Assembly: GCA_951406725.2 (NCBI GenBank)
Contig: OX597815.1
Span: 41,168,001-41,232,000, forward strand
Source: Octopus vulgaris
Lineage: Eukaryota
Length of the DNA: 64,000 bases
Direction of reading: 5' to 3'
Shown: positions 1 to 14,150 of the stretch, one piece after another
How positions within the stretch are numbered: the first letter of the stretch is position 1
Layout: each line of letters begins with the position of its first letter
Notes under the pieces: generated by a model
Told to the model about the DNA's origin: nothing
Seen by the model: the letters and a program-made list of their open reading frames with translations, nothing else
Databases searched by the model: none
Program-made: the position numbers and the translations under genes

Positions 1-313
1 CAGCTACAATCTTGGTCAGAGGGAGAAATGAAGTTTACTGTCAGACAACACCATACAAGTCTCTCTAGCTCGAATTCTGTTTTCTTACAACATCATTCTA
101 TCTGTCTCCACAATTACTATTAAACAATGAAGAGAACCCAAACTCAAACATTTTACCACATCTAACTTTCATATGCTTTTGGATTTATCAACCTGCCCGT
201 CGAGGCAAGGTAATGTAACGTAACGGTAAATAAATACTTTCTTAAAACTTAACGCACTTTGTTCTTTCACATCTTACAACGTGCAATTATAATAACACAT
301 TTTTATCGTTACA
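1..313 (+). mobile_element. 3' part of an LTR (same family as 23764-24406), cut by the window edge
   Basis: Reverse-complement homologue of 23764-~24085; contains AATAAA (~229) and ends ...ATCGTTACA at 313; no PBS follows. Confidence 0.7.
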
Positions 314-324
314 ATCAAAACCGT

Positions 325-381
<57 letters not shown>

Positions 382-500
382 AAATTAATAATATACAGGG
401 TAAAATTTATTAATTAATTAATAATTTCATCAAATAGATCGGTATGTTAAAATAACTTTTATAGGTAAAATTATACAAATATTTTATAATTATAAACATA

Positions 501-547
<47 letters not shown>

Positions 548-589
548 CATATATATACATATATATATATACATATATACATATATATA

Positions 590-872
590 TCATCATCATC
601 ATCATCTTCGTTTAGCGTCCGCTTTCCATGCTAGCATGGGTTGGACGGTTCAACTGGGGTCTGGGAAGCCAGAAGGCTGCACCAGGCCCAGTCTGATCTG
701 GCAATGTTTCTACGGCTGGATGCTCTTCCTAACGCCAACCACTCCGTGAGTGTATTGGGTGCTTTTTAAGTGCCACCGGCACAGGTGCCAGATGAGGCTG
801 GCAATCGGCCACAATCGGATGGTGCTTTTTACGTGTCACCGGCACGGGGCCAGTCGGGGTGGCGCTGGCAAC
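590..872 (-). mobile_element. RTE LINE 3' UTR fragment
   Basis: (CAT)n tail and GGTGCTTTTTA..TGCCACCGGCAC repeats match the 3' UTR of the RTE at 57381-57850. Confidence 0.8.
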
Positions 873-884
873 AGACACATTATA

Positions 885-1409
<525 letters not shown>

Positions 1410-1801
1410 ATGTATATAATTTTCAATATTACTAGATGTTACTGGAATAAACTGATTCCCTTAAACTTTAGGGAGGGGATCCACTTGAGTTGTGAAGTAG
1501 ATATGATGTAACAGCATAATTAAGATTTGTTTACATATAAAGCATGCTATTCTCTTTCTTAAAATGGAAAAAGGATGTGGTTTGTGACATAAAAGGAAAT
1601 TAGTGATGACTTGTAAGAAATTCCACAGTTGTAGATGGAAACTGAAAAAGCCCATCCTGTGTGTGTGAGTATCTTTCAGCTTGTGATTGTCCCTACCACT
1701 GCTTGACAATCGGTGTTGGTTTGTTTGCATCCCCGCAATGTAGCGGTTTGGTAATATAGTAATAGAGACTGATATAATAAGTTCCAAGTTTTAAAAAGAA
1801 G

Positions 1802-2211
1802 GGATCTTTTCGGTTTGAACGGCAGTTTTTAACATAATTTTTTGGTAATTAAAAAATGTTAAACTTCGTATACTGGTAGAATGTGTTTATAAAACATCTT
1901 TTTCTCTTGGCTTTATTGAGAAAATTCTATAGTTTGTAAGATATTTGTAGTTTTTTTCTTCAATTTCTGCAATATCAACCAATCAATGACGTCCATTGAG
2001 GTAAAGAACATTCTGTGCCGTATGAATATGTCCCTCGTTTAAGAAACAGAGTGAGTTTATTTACATTTGTGAAGAAAAAAAGATACCCTTCCCCTCACCA
2101 CTAACCCTAAAACAGATTGAAATGCAATAGATCGATACTAGGGTCATAATTATGGGTGACAATTTCATATGACACCGCTAGAAAAAGACTGCTGTTCAAA
2201 CCGAAAAGATC
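1802..2211. mobile_element. MITE with GGATCTTTTCGGTTTGAAC terminal inverted repeats, inserted in a SINE
   Basis: GGATCTTTTCGGTTTGAACGGCAGT ... GCTGTTCAAACCGAAAAGATCC; internal CCCTAA; relatives at 5135-5526, 6765-7172, 20510-21002. Confidence 0.75.
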
Positions 2212-2557
2212 CGTTCCAGGTTTTAAAAAGAAGTACTGGGGTCGATTCATTCGAATAAAAAAAATCCAAGCCAGTGCCCCAGCATGGCCGCAGTCTAATA
2301 ACCCAAACAAGTAAAATATAAAATGTTAAAACTTAATCATAAGGTTGGCCAGAAACGTTTCCTACTAAATTGTTGAGAACTGATTCAACTCTAAATAATG
2401 TAAAACGCCAACGTACAACTTCTTTTCCGACGCCCACCTGGTGATTGTATGACTAAAATAAAATGTTATTATTAGTTGGAATGGCTGTGTGGAAAATAGC
2501 TTCTTTTCCGACGCCCACCTGGCGATTGTATGAGTAAAATAAAATTCCATTGTTAGT

Positions 2558-2940
2558 AGGAGTGGCTGTGTGGTAAGTAGCTTGCTTACCAACCACATGG
2601 TTCCGGGTTCAGTCCCACTGCGTGGCACCTTGGGCAAGTGTCTTCTACTATAGCCTCGGGCCTACCAAAGCCTTGTGGGTGGATTTGGTAGACGGAAGCT
2701 GAAAGAAGCCTGCCGTATATAGATATGTATGTGTGCGTATATGTTTGTGTGTCTGTGTTTGTCCCCCACCCAACCGATGCTGGTGTGTTTACGTCCCCGT
2801 AACATAGCAGTTCGGCAAAAGAGTCCGATAGAATAAGTGCTAGGCTTACAAAGAATAAGTCCTGGGATCGATTTGCTCGACTATAGGCGGTACTCCAGCA
2901 TGGCCGCAATCAAATGACTGAAACAAGTAAAAGAGTAAAA
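2558..2940 (+). mobile_element. CORE-type SINE, full length
   Basis: GGAGTGGCTGTGTGGTAAGTAGC head to GAAACAAGTAAAAGAGTAAAA tail. Confidence 0.9.
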
Positions 2941-3259
2941 AAAGTTTTTTGTTTTACACACACACACACACAAAGTAAAAGTTGTAAATTTTATTAAAAT
3001 ATATTTGGTGTAATGCAACATTTATGGGATTAGGAACTCAATACGTTAAAGGGCTTGAATAGATATATTTGTGTTGATATATCCGCAGTTGTCCCTCAAT
3101 TTAAACGGTGTTTTCTCTCCACTCTAGTGTTACGCAACCGAGTTTCAAATTCCACTGAGTTCAACTTTGCCTTCCTGTGACTGGTAAATAAATTATCACG
3201 CAAGCTAAAATTCATGGCCTTAAAATCCGGCGAACCTTCGGTATAGGTACACACAGAGC

Positions 3260-3487
3260 GGCGAGCTGGCAGAAACGTTAGCACGCCGGGCGAAATGCTT
3301 AGCGGCATTTCGTCTGCCGTAACGTTCTGAGTTCAAATTCCGCCGAGGTCGACTTTGCCTTTCATCCTTTCGGGGTCGATAAATTAAGTACCAGTTACGC
3401 ACTGGTGTCGATATAATCGACTTAATCCGTTTGTCTGTCCTTGTTTGTCCCCTCTATGTTTAGCCCCTTGTGGGTAATAAAGAAACA
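3260..3487 (+). mobile_element. Nin/Deu-domain-like tRNA SINE, full length
   Basis: tRNA-like head (GAGTTCAAATTCC B box), central GAGGTCGACTTTGCCTTTCATCCTTTCGGGGTCGATAAA resembling the Nin/Deu domain, tail ending AATAAAGAAA. Confidence 0.8.
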
Positions 3488-4733
3488 GGTATAGGTACAC
3501 ACGTGACTTTGTTTACATTTCTGAAGATAACAGAAACCCCTTTCTCCCAACCCTAACCCTAACCCTAACCCCCCATATATAAAAAAAACACTTTCTTGAA
3601 ATGTATCCGGTATTTCCGGTACATATACCGAAGTTACGCCGCAAAAGCTTTCTGAAAGCAAAATTCTGTCAGAAGGGGAAATAAACTCAGAGAACCATAC
3701 GAAGGTGATATAAGTACATATCTCTGAAGACAATTTATGAAACCGAAACAAATTGGGGAAATACAAAACTAGACTTGGGTATTCTGAATTAGCGAAACGA
3801 ATATGTAAATTCTTAGTAGTCACTTATTAAACAATCTATTTAGTAACTCCTTAGTATTCTATTTATATTTGTATTTATTAAAAGATTTAACTTTTTAATA
3901 TCAACAGTTTTGATTTCATTTTAATGATGATGTTGCTAAAGTAATTTGGAAATGCCTACAAATGAAATAATCATCCTGTCACACTTCTAAGAACACTGAA
4001 AATTTATTACATCATGAACAGTCTTAATAGGAAAATAACAAAAAACGGGAAATATTCCCAAAGAAGTTATAAAAATAGATTCGAAAAGACTGAACTGAAA
4101 GTACTAATTATGTTTTTTTCTCACACACAAAAAAAAAGGAAAATAAAAGTGTAATAATAGGTGTTAAACAAATATGAAAACAAAAATTCACATAACTTTT
4201 AGGAAAAAGGATATATTTTAGTGAAATTTTATATAAATACCTTTCAAACAGCATAGATTACGATTATAAAGAAATTTGTGGGGAAAATTATTACTGAGGG
4301 GGTAAAATTTTTAGGTTCATTTTGTAAAATAGTAAAAGGTTTTAAAAAAAGATCCTATGTATCATGGTGAGAGAAACAAATTCATAAATTTGATGTTGAA
4401 TATAGTTTCACTAATAGGGGGGGGGCTGTTGTTTTTAGCACATCTCCACCGTTGGAATCTTTTTCAAAACTTTTTTTCTATTTCTCAAACAAAAAATAAA
4501 TGAATCTAAAATTATTTTTTAAAACTTTTTTCCAAGCAAAAAAATAATTTATGAATTTCTTTCTCTTCGAAAGTCCCCCCCCTCCCATCCAGAAAAAACT
4601 TCCCCGCAAATTCCGGACCTTTGACAACCGGTGTTGGTTTGTTAAAAAGAGATATCGATAAAATAAGTATCAGGCTCAAAAGACAAAAAAATAATAAACG
4701 AAGTTAATGTCTACTTTTGCACCAGGCCACCAA

Positions 4734-4768
<35 letters not shown>

Positions 4769-5582
4769 GTGTAATAGGTGTAAAAAAAAAAATGTGTATT
4801 AAACGAATATGAAAAATTTGCGCCAACGAACCGGTTGGTGAGAAGACGACTTTCGGAAAATTCACAAGATCCGATTTTTTCCCTCATAACTTTTAAGAAA
4901 ATAGATATCTTTTAATGAAATTTTATATAAATACCTTTCAAACGGCATAGATTACAATTATAAAGAAATTCATTTGGCTACCCTTCCCCCACCCCTTACT
5001 CTAACCCTAACCCTAACTCCACCCCTAACTCTAACTAACCCTAATCCTAAAACAGATTGAAATGCAATAGATCGATACTAGGGTTATAAATATGGGTGAC
5101 AATTTCATACGACACCGCTACGGAAAATGGGATATTTTTTCTAGCGGTGTCAAATGAAAATGTCACCCATAATTATAACCCTAGTATCGATCTATTGCAT
5201 TTCAACCTGTTTTAAGGTAAGGGTTAGGGTTAGGGTTAGAGGTGGGGGAGGGGTATCTTTTTTTCTTCGCAAATGTAAATAAACCCAATCTGTTTCTTAA
5301 AGGAGGGAATATTCATACAGCACGGAATGTTTTCACCCCAAATGGACTCCAGCGATTGGTTAAAATTGCCGAAATGCTCAATTTTAAAGAGGAAACTATA
5401 GAATTTTCTCAATAAAGCCAAGAAAAAATGATGTTTTATAAACACATTCTACCAGTATACGAAGTTTAAAAGTGTTTAGTTAACTAGAAATTGTGTTGAA
5501 AACTGCCTTTCAAAAGGAAAAGATCCCAAATGGATTTCTTCATAATTGTAATCTATGCCGTTTGAAAGGTATTTATTTAAAA

Positions 5583-5978
5583 CTAGCAGTATCGCCCGGC
5601 GTTGCTCGGGTTTGTAAGGGAAATAACTATATAAGCATTTTTAGAAAGTTATAGCCAAAAAATAGCAAAAAAATGCATTAAAAATGGAAAAAAATCTATG
5701 GTAAATTTTTTTTTAATCATTGACTCATTGTAGACATTTGTAGAGAGTTACTTCCCTTATATAATAGCGAAAAAATGCATTAAAATCGAAAAAATGATGG
5801 TAATTTTTTTTTTAAATCGTAGACTCATCATAGACGCGCGCTAATACCCAAAAGGGCTCGATATGAATCACGACTATAAGATACCCGGTTTTGGTTAAAC
5901 TGCACCGCAAAATGTGGGAGTAGTTAGGAATCTAAATCGTAGGAGACAGACACACAACTTGACTTTTATATATAAAGA
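5583..5978 (-). mobile_element. Non-autonomous Helitron
   Basis: Minus strand starts TCTTTATATATAAAAG, ends with hairpin CCCGAGCAACGCCGGG then CTAG; inserted A^T with no TSD; empty site visible in the inverted copy at ~4915-4940. Confidence 0.85.
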
Positions 5979-8106
5979 TTTCATTAAAAGATATTCATTT
6001 TCTTAAAAGTTATGAGGGAAAAAATCGGATCTTGTGAATTTTCCAAAAGTCCTCTTCTCACCAACCTGTTCGTTGGCGCAAATTTTGGTTTTCATATTCG
6101 TTTAATACACATTTTTTTTTACACCTATTACACTTGTTATTGTTATTTATTTATTTTTTTTGGTGGCCTGGTGCAAAAATAGACATTAACCTTGTTTATT
6201 ATTATTATTTTTTTGAAGCCTGATACTTATTCTATCGATATCTCTTTTTATCGAACTGCTAAGTTACGGGGACATTAACAAACCAACACCGGTTGTCAAA
6301 CAGTGGTAGGATACACACACAGACACGCACTCATACATGATGGGCTTCTTTCTGTTTCCTTCTACCAAATCCACTCGCAAGGCTTTGGTCGGCCTGAGGT
6401 GTCACACTGTGGGACTGAACGTGGAACCTTCTAGGTGGGAAGCAAACTTCTTATCACACTGTCTCACCCGCACCTTTATTCAATATCCGTAGTTCCAATA
6501 AAATACGTCTTTGATATATATGGAAAACAATTCACAAATTTGTTTGGCGACTTGAAATAATGGTAGCTTTATCTTTTATCTTTTACTTGTTTCACTCATT
6601 AGGCTGCGGTCATACTGGGGCACTGCCTTGAAGAATTTTTAGTCAAATGATTCAATCTCAGTATTTAATTTTTGGAATGCAAAATTGAAATGCAATAGAT
6701 CGATACAAGGGTTATAATTATGGGTGACATTTTCATTTGACACCGCTACGGAAAATGGGATTTTTTTCTAGCGGTGTCAAATGAAAATGTCACCCATAAT
6801 TATAACCCTTGTATCGATCTATTGCATTTCAATCTGTTTTAGGGTTAGGATTTGTTAGAGTTAGGGTTAGGGTTAGAGGTGGGGAAAGGGTATCTTTTTT
6901 TTTTTTCGCAAATGTAAATAAAGCCAATCTGTTTCTGAGGGACATATTCATACAGCACGGAATGTTTTAACTCCAAATGGAGGTGAGTGATTGGTTAAAA
7001 TTGCCGAAATGCTCGATTTTAAAGTGGAAATATGTTACAAACTATAGAATTTTCTCAATAAAGCCAAGAAAAAATGATGCTTTATAAACATTTATTACCA
7101 GTATACGAAGTTTAAAAGTGTTTAGTTAACTAGAAATTGTGTTGACATATGCCGTTCAAAAGGAAAAGATCCTAATTTTTTCTAAGCCTTGACTTATACT
7201 ATTGGTCTCTTTTACAGAACCGCTAGGTTATAGGGATTCAAACACATTGTCAAGTGGTGGTGGTGGTGGTGGGACAAACACCGACACACACACACATATA
7301 TATACATATATACGATGGGTTTCTTTCAGTTTCCGTCTACCAAATCCACTCACAAGGCTTTGGTCAGCCCCGATTAATTAATATTCTGATTATAACTATT
7401 TGTATAACAATTCCATTATAACATTTTCTTTATTTTCATTTTATATTACCTTATTTCCTTTTTATATATCTTAGTATAGCATCTTTTATTGGCTTACTTT
7501 TATATAATTTTTTTAAAAAAGAACTTTCTTAGTATAAATTTTTTCTTATAATTTTTTCTTATAGTTTTTATTATAATTCTTCTCTCAGATATTTTCTTAT
7601 ATTTCCTCATATATTTTATATATCTTATAGCTTATTCCTTATATCTTAAGATTTTGTATATTTTAAGATTCATATATTTTTTCCAAATTTTGTATATTTT
7701 ATTAATACTTTGGCAGTTTAAAAAAATTTTTCATATATACTGAGAACGTAAAATTATAAAATTATAATTTTTTTCACATTTCTTTTATATATATTAAATA
7801 TTTTATGTTTCATATTTCCATGCCTTTGTATTTATCTATATATTTACATTTTGCTCTAATGGTATATGTAAACTAAGATTAAAACTCACTCCTTTAATTT
7901 ATATCCCACCCATAATCCTTTAAGATAACAATAAAAATAAGCTTTATTGCACATCCGTATCCCCTCCTTTCTTTCTATTATCACCACTCTTCCATCAGAT
8001 ATTCTCGTTTACCACTCCATGACCTACCCTTTTGGCTTTGATATAGCCGGATGTAACGTTCCACTTTCTTAGATACTAGAACGGTCTGTCATAATCCTAT
8101 ATATAT

Positions 8107-9360
8107 ATGGATGAGACTGGCTTGTTCTGGAAGAAAATGCCTTCCAGAACGTACTTCATGAAGGACGAAGCCAGAGTCCCAGGATTTAAGGGACAAAAGG
8201 ACAGAGTGATGCGAATTATGTGGCAATGCTGCTGGCTTCATGATGAAACCAGGACTTATCTACAAGTCCGCGAAACTGAGGGCCTTCAAAAATAAGAATA
8301 AAAACTTGTTACCTGTCCACTGGATGTACAACACTAAGGCCTGGATTACCAAAAGTCTGACTTTGGATTAGTTCCACCAATGCTTCATTCCTCAAGCCAA
8401 GGAATACCTTGAAAATGTTTGCATGGAATTCAAGGTGTTGCTTATTATGGATAATGCTGGTGGTCACTCTTTGGATTTGAATCAGGAGGGAGTCCAAGTC
8501 AAGTTCCTCCCTGCCAACACCACCTCCCTCATCCTACTTATGGATCAAGGCGTGATCCGTGCCTTCAAGGCACTTTACACTCGGAACTCTCTCTAACACC
8601 TTGTGGACGCAATGGATTCAGACGAGAATTTCAAGTTAAAGGAGTACTGACATAACTTCACGATCGCAACGTGCCTGTCAGTCATCCATGCTGCTCTTAA
8701 AGACATGAAAAAAAGAAACCCTCATTGCATGCTGGAAGAAGGTGTGGCCAGAGTGTGTCCAGGACTACGAGGGCTTCTCACCTGAAGATATTCAGCACGA
8801 GGCTGTCAACAATGCAGTGAAACTGGCAAAGGTACTTGGTGGCAAAGGTTTTGATGACATGACGGAAAATGAGTTAAAAAATCTCATCGATACCTACTCT
8901 GAAACCCTGACAAAGATTTGTTGAAGTTAACGACGCCTACCAGCGAAGAGAAAGAGGAAGGATAAATCCAGAGGAAGAGGAGGATGAGGTGGTCTTGGCA
9001 TTCGAACGTCTGTCCGACCTTTTAAGAATAGCAAATGAGTTGCAAAGGAAAGCAGAAACATAGGATCCCTACATGGTTCGGTCTCTCCAATTTAAAAATG
9101 TCATCGATACTGCCATGCAGACATATAAAACTCTCCTCACCACCATGCAGAAACTACGACAGCAACTTCCTATCACAATGTTCCTCAAGCCGACCAAAAA
9201 AAGCCTTGCATGAAGATACGTCATCCCCTAAAACACATGAAGAGACGTCACCAGAAGAGCTTTAAATCTTCTTTGCTGTGCAGTCATTACGTTCATATTT
9301 TCATCATCACCATCTTAAATCAATATCATTCATTATTGGTGAGTAACCATACATTTTACT
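8107..9360 (+). mobile_element. pogo/Tigger transposase (DDE_1) pseudogene fragment
   Basis: MDETGLFWKKMPSRTY, LLIMDNAGGH and LPANTTSLILLMDQGVIRAFKA motifs; stops and frameshifts. Confidence 0.9.
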
Positions 9361-9461
9361 TTATTACTTATTAAATTATATATATATATATATATATATA
9401 ATAGAAATATTAAAATTACTAAGTCTCTATAAAAGAGATTACGACAGCATTTACTGGAAAT

Positions 9462-9787
<326 letters not shown>

Positions 9788-10758
9788 TATATAAATATAT
9801 CTCTTTTATAAAAGGCAGATTTTATCTGCCTCCCTTTGTATCTTATAGAAATCTACAATATAGGATTTCTTCAATTACAATTTACTTAGCATTTTTAAGA
9901 GTAGAATACATCGGGTTTTGCCAGGTCCACTTTTTAAAATTTAAACTCCAATTAAGCAAAATTTACAGAAAACTCACATTCTGGTGTGTATGTCAAATGC
10001 TTTTCTTAATGTGTTTTACACCACACGCACACACACACACACACAGTGTGCAACGAATAAAATGAAAGTAATTCACCTTTTGTAGTGAGTGACTCTTTCA
10101 GTCTGCCACTTCCTCTTTACACACATAGACACGCAAATATATAAATAAAATTGTAAGCTAACGTGCGTGTGTGTGAGTGTGTGTGTGCGTGTGTGTGTGT
10201 GTGAGGGTGCGTGTGTGTGTGTGTGTGTGCGTGCGTGCGTGTGCGTGAGTGTGTGACAGGAAAGTATTTTAGGACGAATATAAGACCTATATCGGCGATG
10301 TTTCGCTTGTCGTAGCACAGGTTTCCGTCGATTTCCGTAAAAAACTTCTATTTTTTTACATAAGTAATGAGAGCGAAAGAGACTAAGAGAAAGCGATTGT
10401 ATGACGAGGGAAGTTCTTTTGAAGTTACCGTGCATGGGACGCATTGATGTACATGTGTGTGTGTGTGTGTGTGTTTGATGGAGTGTGGGAGACAGACAGT
10501 ATGTTGTGTAAGTGAAGTGCTTCTGTTAGTGTGTGTGAAGAGACAGAGAGAGTAATGTGTGAAAGAGAGAGATAACTGAAATTTTTTACTCGGTGTATGT
10601 GTATATGTATGTATGCATGTATGTGTGTGTGTGTGTGTATGTATGTGTGTGTGTATGTATGTATGTATGGCCGATTCAGTGTTTACATTTTTTACGGAAA
10701 TCGACGGAAACGTGTGCTACGACAAGCGAAACATCGCCCCTATATCCAAGTAGCAGAA

Positions 10759-11225
10759 AGATCGCCCAAAAGTGTATATAGATATTTAAATGTTTTTATA
10801 TATTCATCTATACACAGATGTATGTATAATGTGTGTGTATATATTTCCATACACGTAACCATTCACTCGCACAAAGTTTTTTAGGACGAAAATAAGATCT
10901 AAAGTTATCTCTGAGTAGCACAGAGATCGCCCAAAAGTGTATATAGATATATAAATGTATTTATATATTCATCTATGCACACATGTATGTATAATGTGTG
11001 TGTATATATTTCCATAGAGGTAACCATTCACTCCATACAAAGTTTTTTTAGGACGGAAATAAGATCTAAAGTTATCTCTAAGAAACAGAAAGATCGCCCA
11101 AAAGTGTATATAGATATTTAAATGTATTTATATATTCATCTATACACAGATGTATGTATAATGTGTGTGTATGTATTTCCATAGAGGTAACCATTCAATC
11201 AATACAAAGTTTTTTAGGACGAAAA
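10759..11225. repeat. ~166-bp tandem repeat, about 3 copies
   Basis: AGATCGCCCAAAAGTGTATATAG recurs at 10759, 10924 and 11091. Confidence 0.9.
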
Positions 11226-12072
11226 TATTTATATATAAAAGAAAGGTTGTGTGTCTGTCTACTCCGATTTAGATTCCTAACTACTCCCACATTTTGCGAT
11301 GCAGTTTAACCAAAACCGGGTATCTTATAGTCGTGATTCATATCGAGCCCTTCTGGGTATTAGCGCGCGTCTACGATGAGTCTATGATTTTACAAATAAT
11401 TTACCATAATTTTTTTCCATTTTAATGCATATTTTTAAAAATAAACGGAAGTAACTCTCAAACTTCACACCAATATGCGTGCTCATATGCGACGTAATAT
11501 CACATCAGCAGCATTTCCTCACACCCTCCTTGCACTTGGCGAAGGCAAAATACCAGGGGATGAAAATGGTAATATTGCCATCGATTCCATTTGTACCATT
11601 GTTAAGACGCCTTCTGATCTCAGAGATGCAGTGTTCCCAGATCTACAAGCTAATTATCAGAATATGGATTGGATTGGCAAAAAGGCTATACTGGCCCCGA
11701 GGAATAAAACTGTTCACCATATTAATGATGAAATGCTAAAACTTATTCCTGGGGAAGTCTATGTATATCAGTCTATCGATACAACTCCTGACCCAGAGGA
11801 CGTCATCAACTATCCAATAGAGGTACTCAATTCCTTTGAGCACCCCGGACTACCACCACACTTTCTCAAACTTAAAGTTGGTGCCCCTATAATGCTCATC
11901 AGAAATTTGGTTCCCCCAAAACAATGCAATGGCACACGTTTGATCGCTAAGTCCTTATCTCCCACCGTAAGCTTATATCAATATTTGCCTGAATAATCAT
12001 CATAATTCAGTGCAATCATTAACAGTACTTTCAAGCAATTCAGCCCCGAGCAACGCCGGGCAATTCTGCTAG
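11226..12072 (+). mobile_element. Helitron derivative carrying a PIF1-type helicase fragment (ORF 11475-11996)
   Basis: AILAPRN, YPIEVLNS, GLPPHFLKLKVGAPIMLIRNL and CNGTRL motifs of the Helitron RepHel helicase; 3' hairpin plus CTAG at 12069-12072; 5' part shared with the 5583 and 13566 copies. Confidence 0.9.
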
Positions 12073-12082
12073 TATATATATA

Positions 12083-12489
12083 TAATAGAAATATTAAAAT
12101 TACTAAGTCTCTATAAAAGAGATTACGACAGCGTTTACTGGAAATTAATTGTTATCGCCATATTAATATGGCATTCTTATAGATATAAGAATAACCGCTG
12201 CCGCTGGTCAGCTCCATGAGGCCACCGCCTTAAGATAGCTATTGATACACGATCTGTATCCATTATAACCTTCGAACAAGGGAGGTCAGCCGCTTCACAC
12301 TGCCAGTCCGACAGCTACAGACGCGTTTCGGGGTATTGCCCCTTGTCAATGTAGCGCAGTCAGACCCCGCAGGTGTCGCCACTGACGTCTCTGTTCGAAT
12401 GGATACAGATCGTGTATCAATAGCTATCTTAAGGCGGTGGCCTCATGGAGCTGACCAGCGGCAGAGCGGTTATTCTTATATCTATAAGA

Positions 12490-12497
<8 letters not shown>
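12083..12497. repeat. Foldback element with spacer (longer version of the 9400-9647 element), probably Penelope pLTR-derived
   Basis: Same left arm as 9400-9558; inverted arms flank a spacer that contains a hammerhead-like motif. Confidence 0.7.
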
Positions 12498-12576
<79 letters not shown>

Positions 12577-12587
12577 GTATGTATATA

Positions 12588-12647
<60 letters not shown>

Positions 12648-12650
12648 TAA

Positions 12651-12682
<32 letters not shown>

Positions 12683-12750
12683 GATTGATTGATTGATTCT
12701 AGTTTCAGCTTATGAGCTGTGGCCATGCTGGGGCACACATATATATATAC

Positions 12751-12814
<64 letters not shown>

Positions 12815-13199
12815 AATCTTTAGTTAAATATATTCAATGAGAATATTATATACTGAATTGTATCAAAGTATTAGTACTATTAAAGTATTTATATATCTAA
12901 TACGAGCGATTATATATATTTTATAATATATCATTATTAATATCAGGAAATCAATATTAGAAAATTCTTCAGAAAGATATGTACGTGTGTAAAATAATCG
13001 TTGCATTAAAAATATGAATATATAAAAAAATATATGTAAATATGTATAAGTATAAATATATAATGTATATGATAGTTTAAAAGTTTTGAATTAAGTTTTT
13101 AAAGCATCTTCCGATCGTTTCGCAGAAGTGCTGTCTCTACAATGGAATCCTATATTGATAAGCATTTATAGACAACTCTTCTGCTATATATATATATAT

Positions 13200-13331
13200 A
13201 TATTTATGATATTTTACGTTATATTTTGACTTTTATAGGCATTTTTATGGACCTCGTCCAATATTCGTGGTTTTTCACCATTCCTGGGTGCTCTAGGAAC
13301 GTAACCCCCGCGAATACCAGGGGACTTATAC
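13200..13331 (+). mobile_element. Probable 3' terminus of the Tigger element at 8107
   Basis: GGAACGTAACCCCCGCGAATACCAGGGGAC resembles Tigger subterminal/TIR sequence. Confidence 0.55.
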
Positions 13332-13565
13332 CGAATATTTAAATTTGTGAACTTAAAATATTCAATAATAAAAGGAAGTTCAGACAGTAGATTTTCCTGA
13401 AAACTTTAATGTATAAAAAATCTCAGTTGCTTAGTAAATATTTCTTTCAATAATTTATCGTTAGTAAATATTTAGCGTAGTAGAAATTGGAGCGATGACA
13501 TAATAATTATTATAAGGCTTATAGTGTTCCAAACAGCCATACCAACAAAATCACTTCCTAGTTTA

Positions 13566-13952
13566 TCTTTATATATAAAAGTGAGGTTGTGTGCTGTTTG
13601 TCTCCTACGATTTAGATTCCTAACTACTCCTACATTTTGCGGTGCAGTTTAACCAAAACCGGGTATCTTATAGTCGTAATTCATATCGAGCCCTTCTGGG
13701 TATTAGCGCGCGTCTACGATGAGTCTACGATTAAAAAAAAATTACCATCAATTTTTCCCATTTTTAATGCATTTGGGCATATATAAGGGAAGTAACTCTC
13801 TAAAAATTTATTAAATCTCAGAATGTAAAAAGCTACAGTAACCCCCCCCCCCCTTGTGGTTAGCCATATTGAGATGGCTATTATACTTTACATCTCTAAA
13901 AATGCTTATATAGTTATTTCCCTTACAAACCGAGCAACGCCGGGCGATACTG
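13566..13952 (+). mobile_element. Non-autonomous Helitron lacking the terminal CTAG
   Basis: Starts A^TCTTTATATATAAAAG; ends CCGAGCAACGCCGGGCGATACTG. Confidence 0.8.
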
Positions 13953-14057
13953 TCAACACCCATTAAAAGGGGGGCTGGGTATGCCATGGTTGATGATGCG
14001 CAGATAGATTGATAGATAGATAGATTGATAGATAGATAGATAGATATATATATATAT

Positions 14058-14150
<93 letters not shown>

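Noticed and set aside
2365-2909. Recurrent 'PKVPRSGTEPGTMW' and 'CHAVGLNPEPCGW' peptides
   Set aside because: Antisense translations of the SINE, not a gene family
10759-11225. CRISPR-like or gene-like periodicity
   Set aside because: Whole units repeat with no unique spacers; eukaryotic Helitron-associated minisatellite
11475-11996. Host PIF1 helicase gene
   Set aside because: Intronless partial domain bounded by Helitron termini
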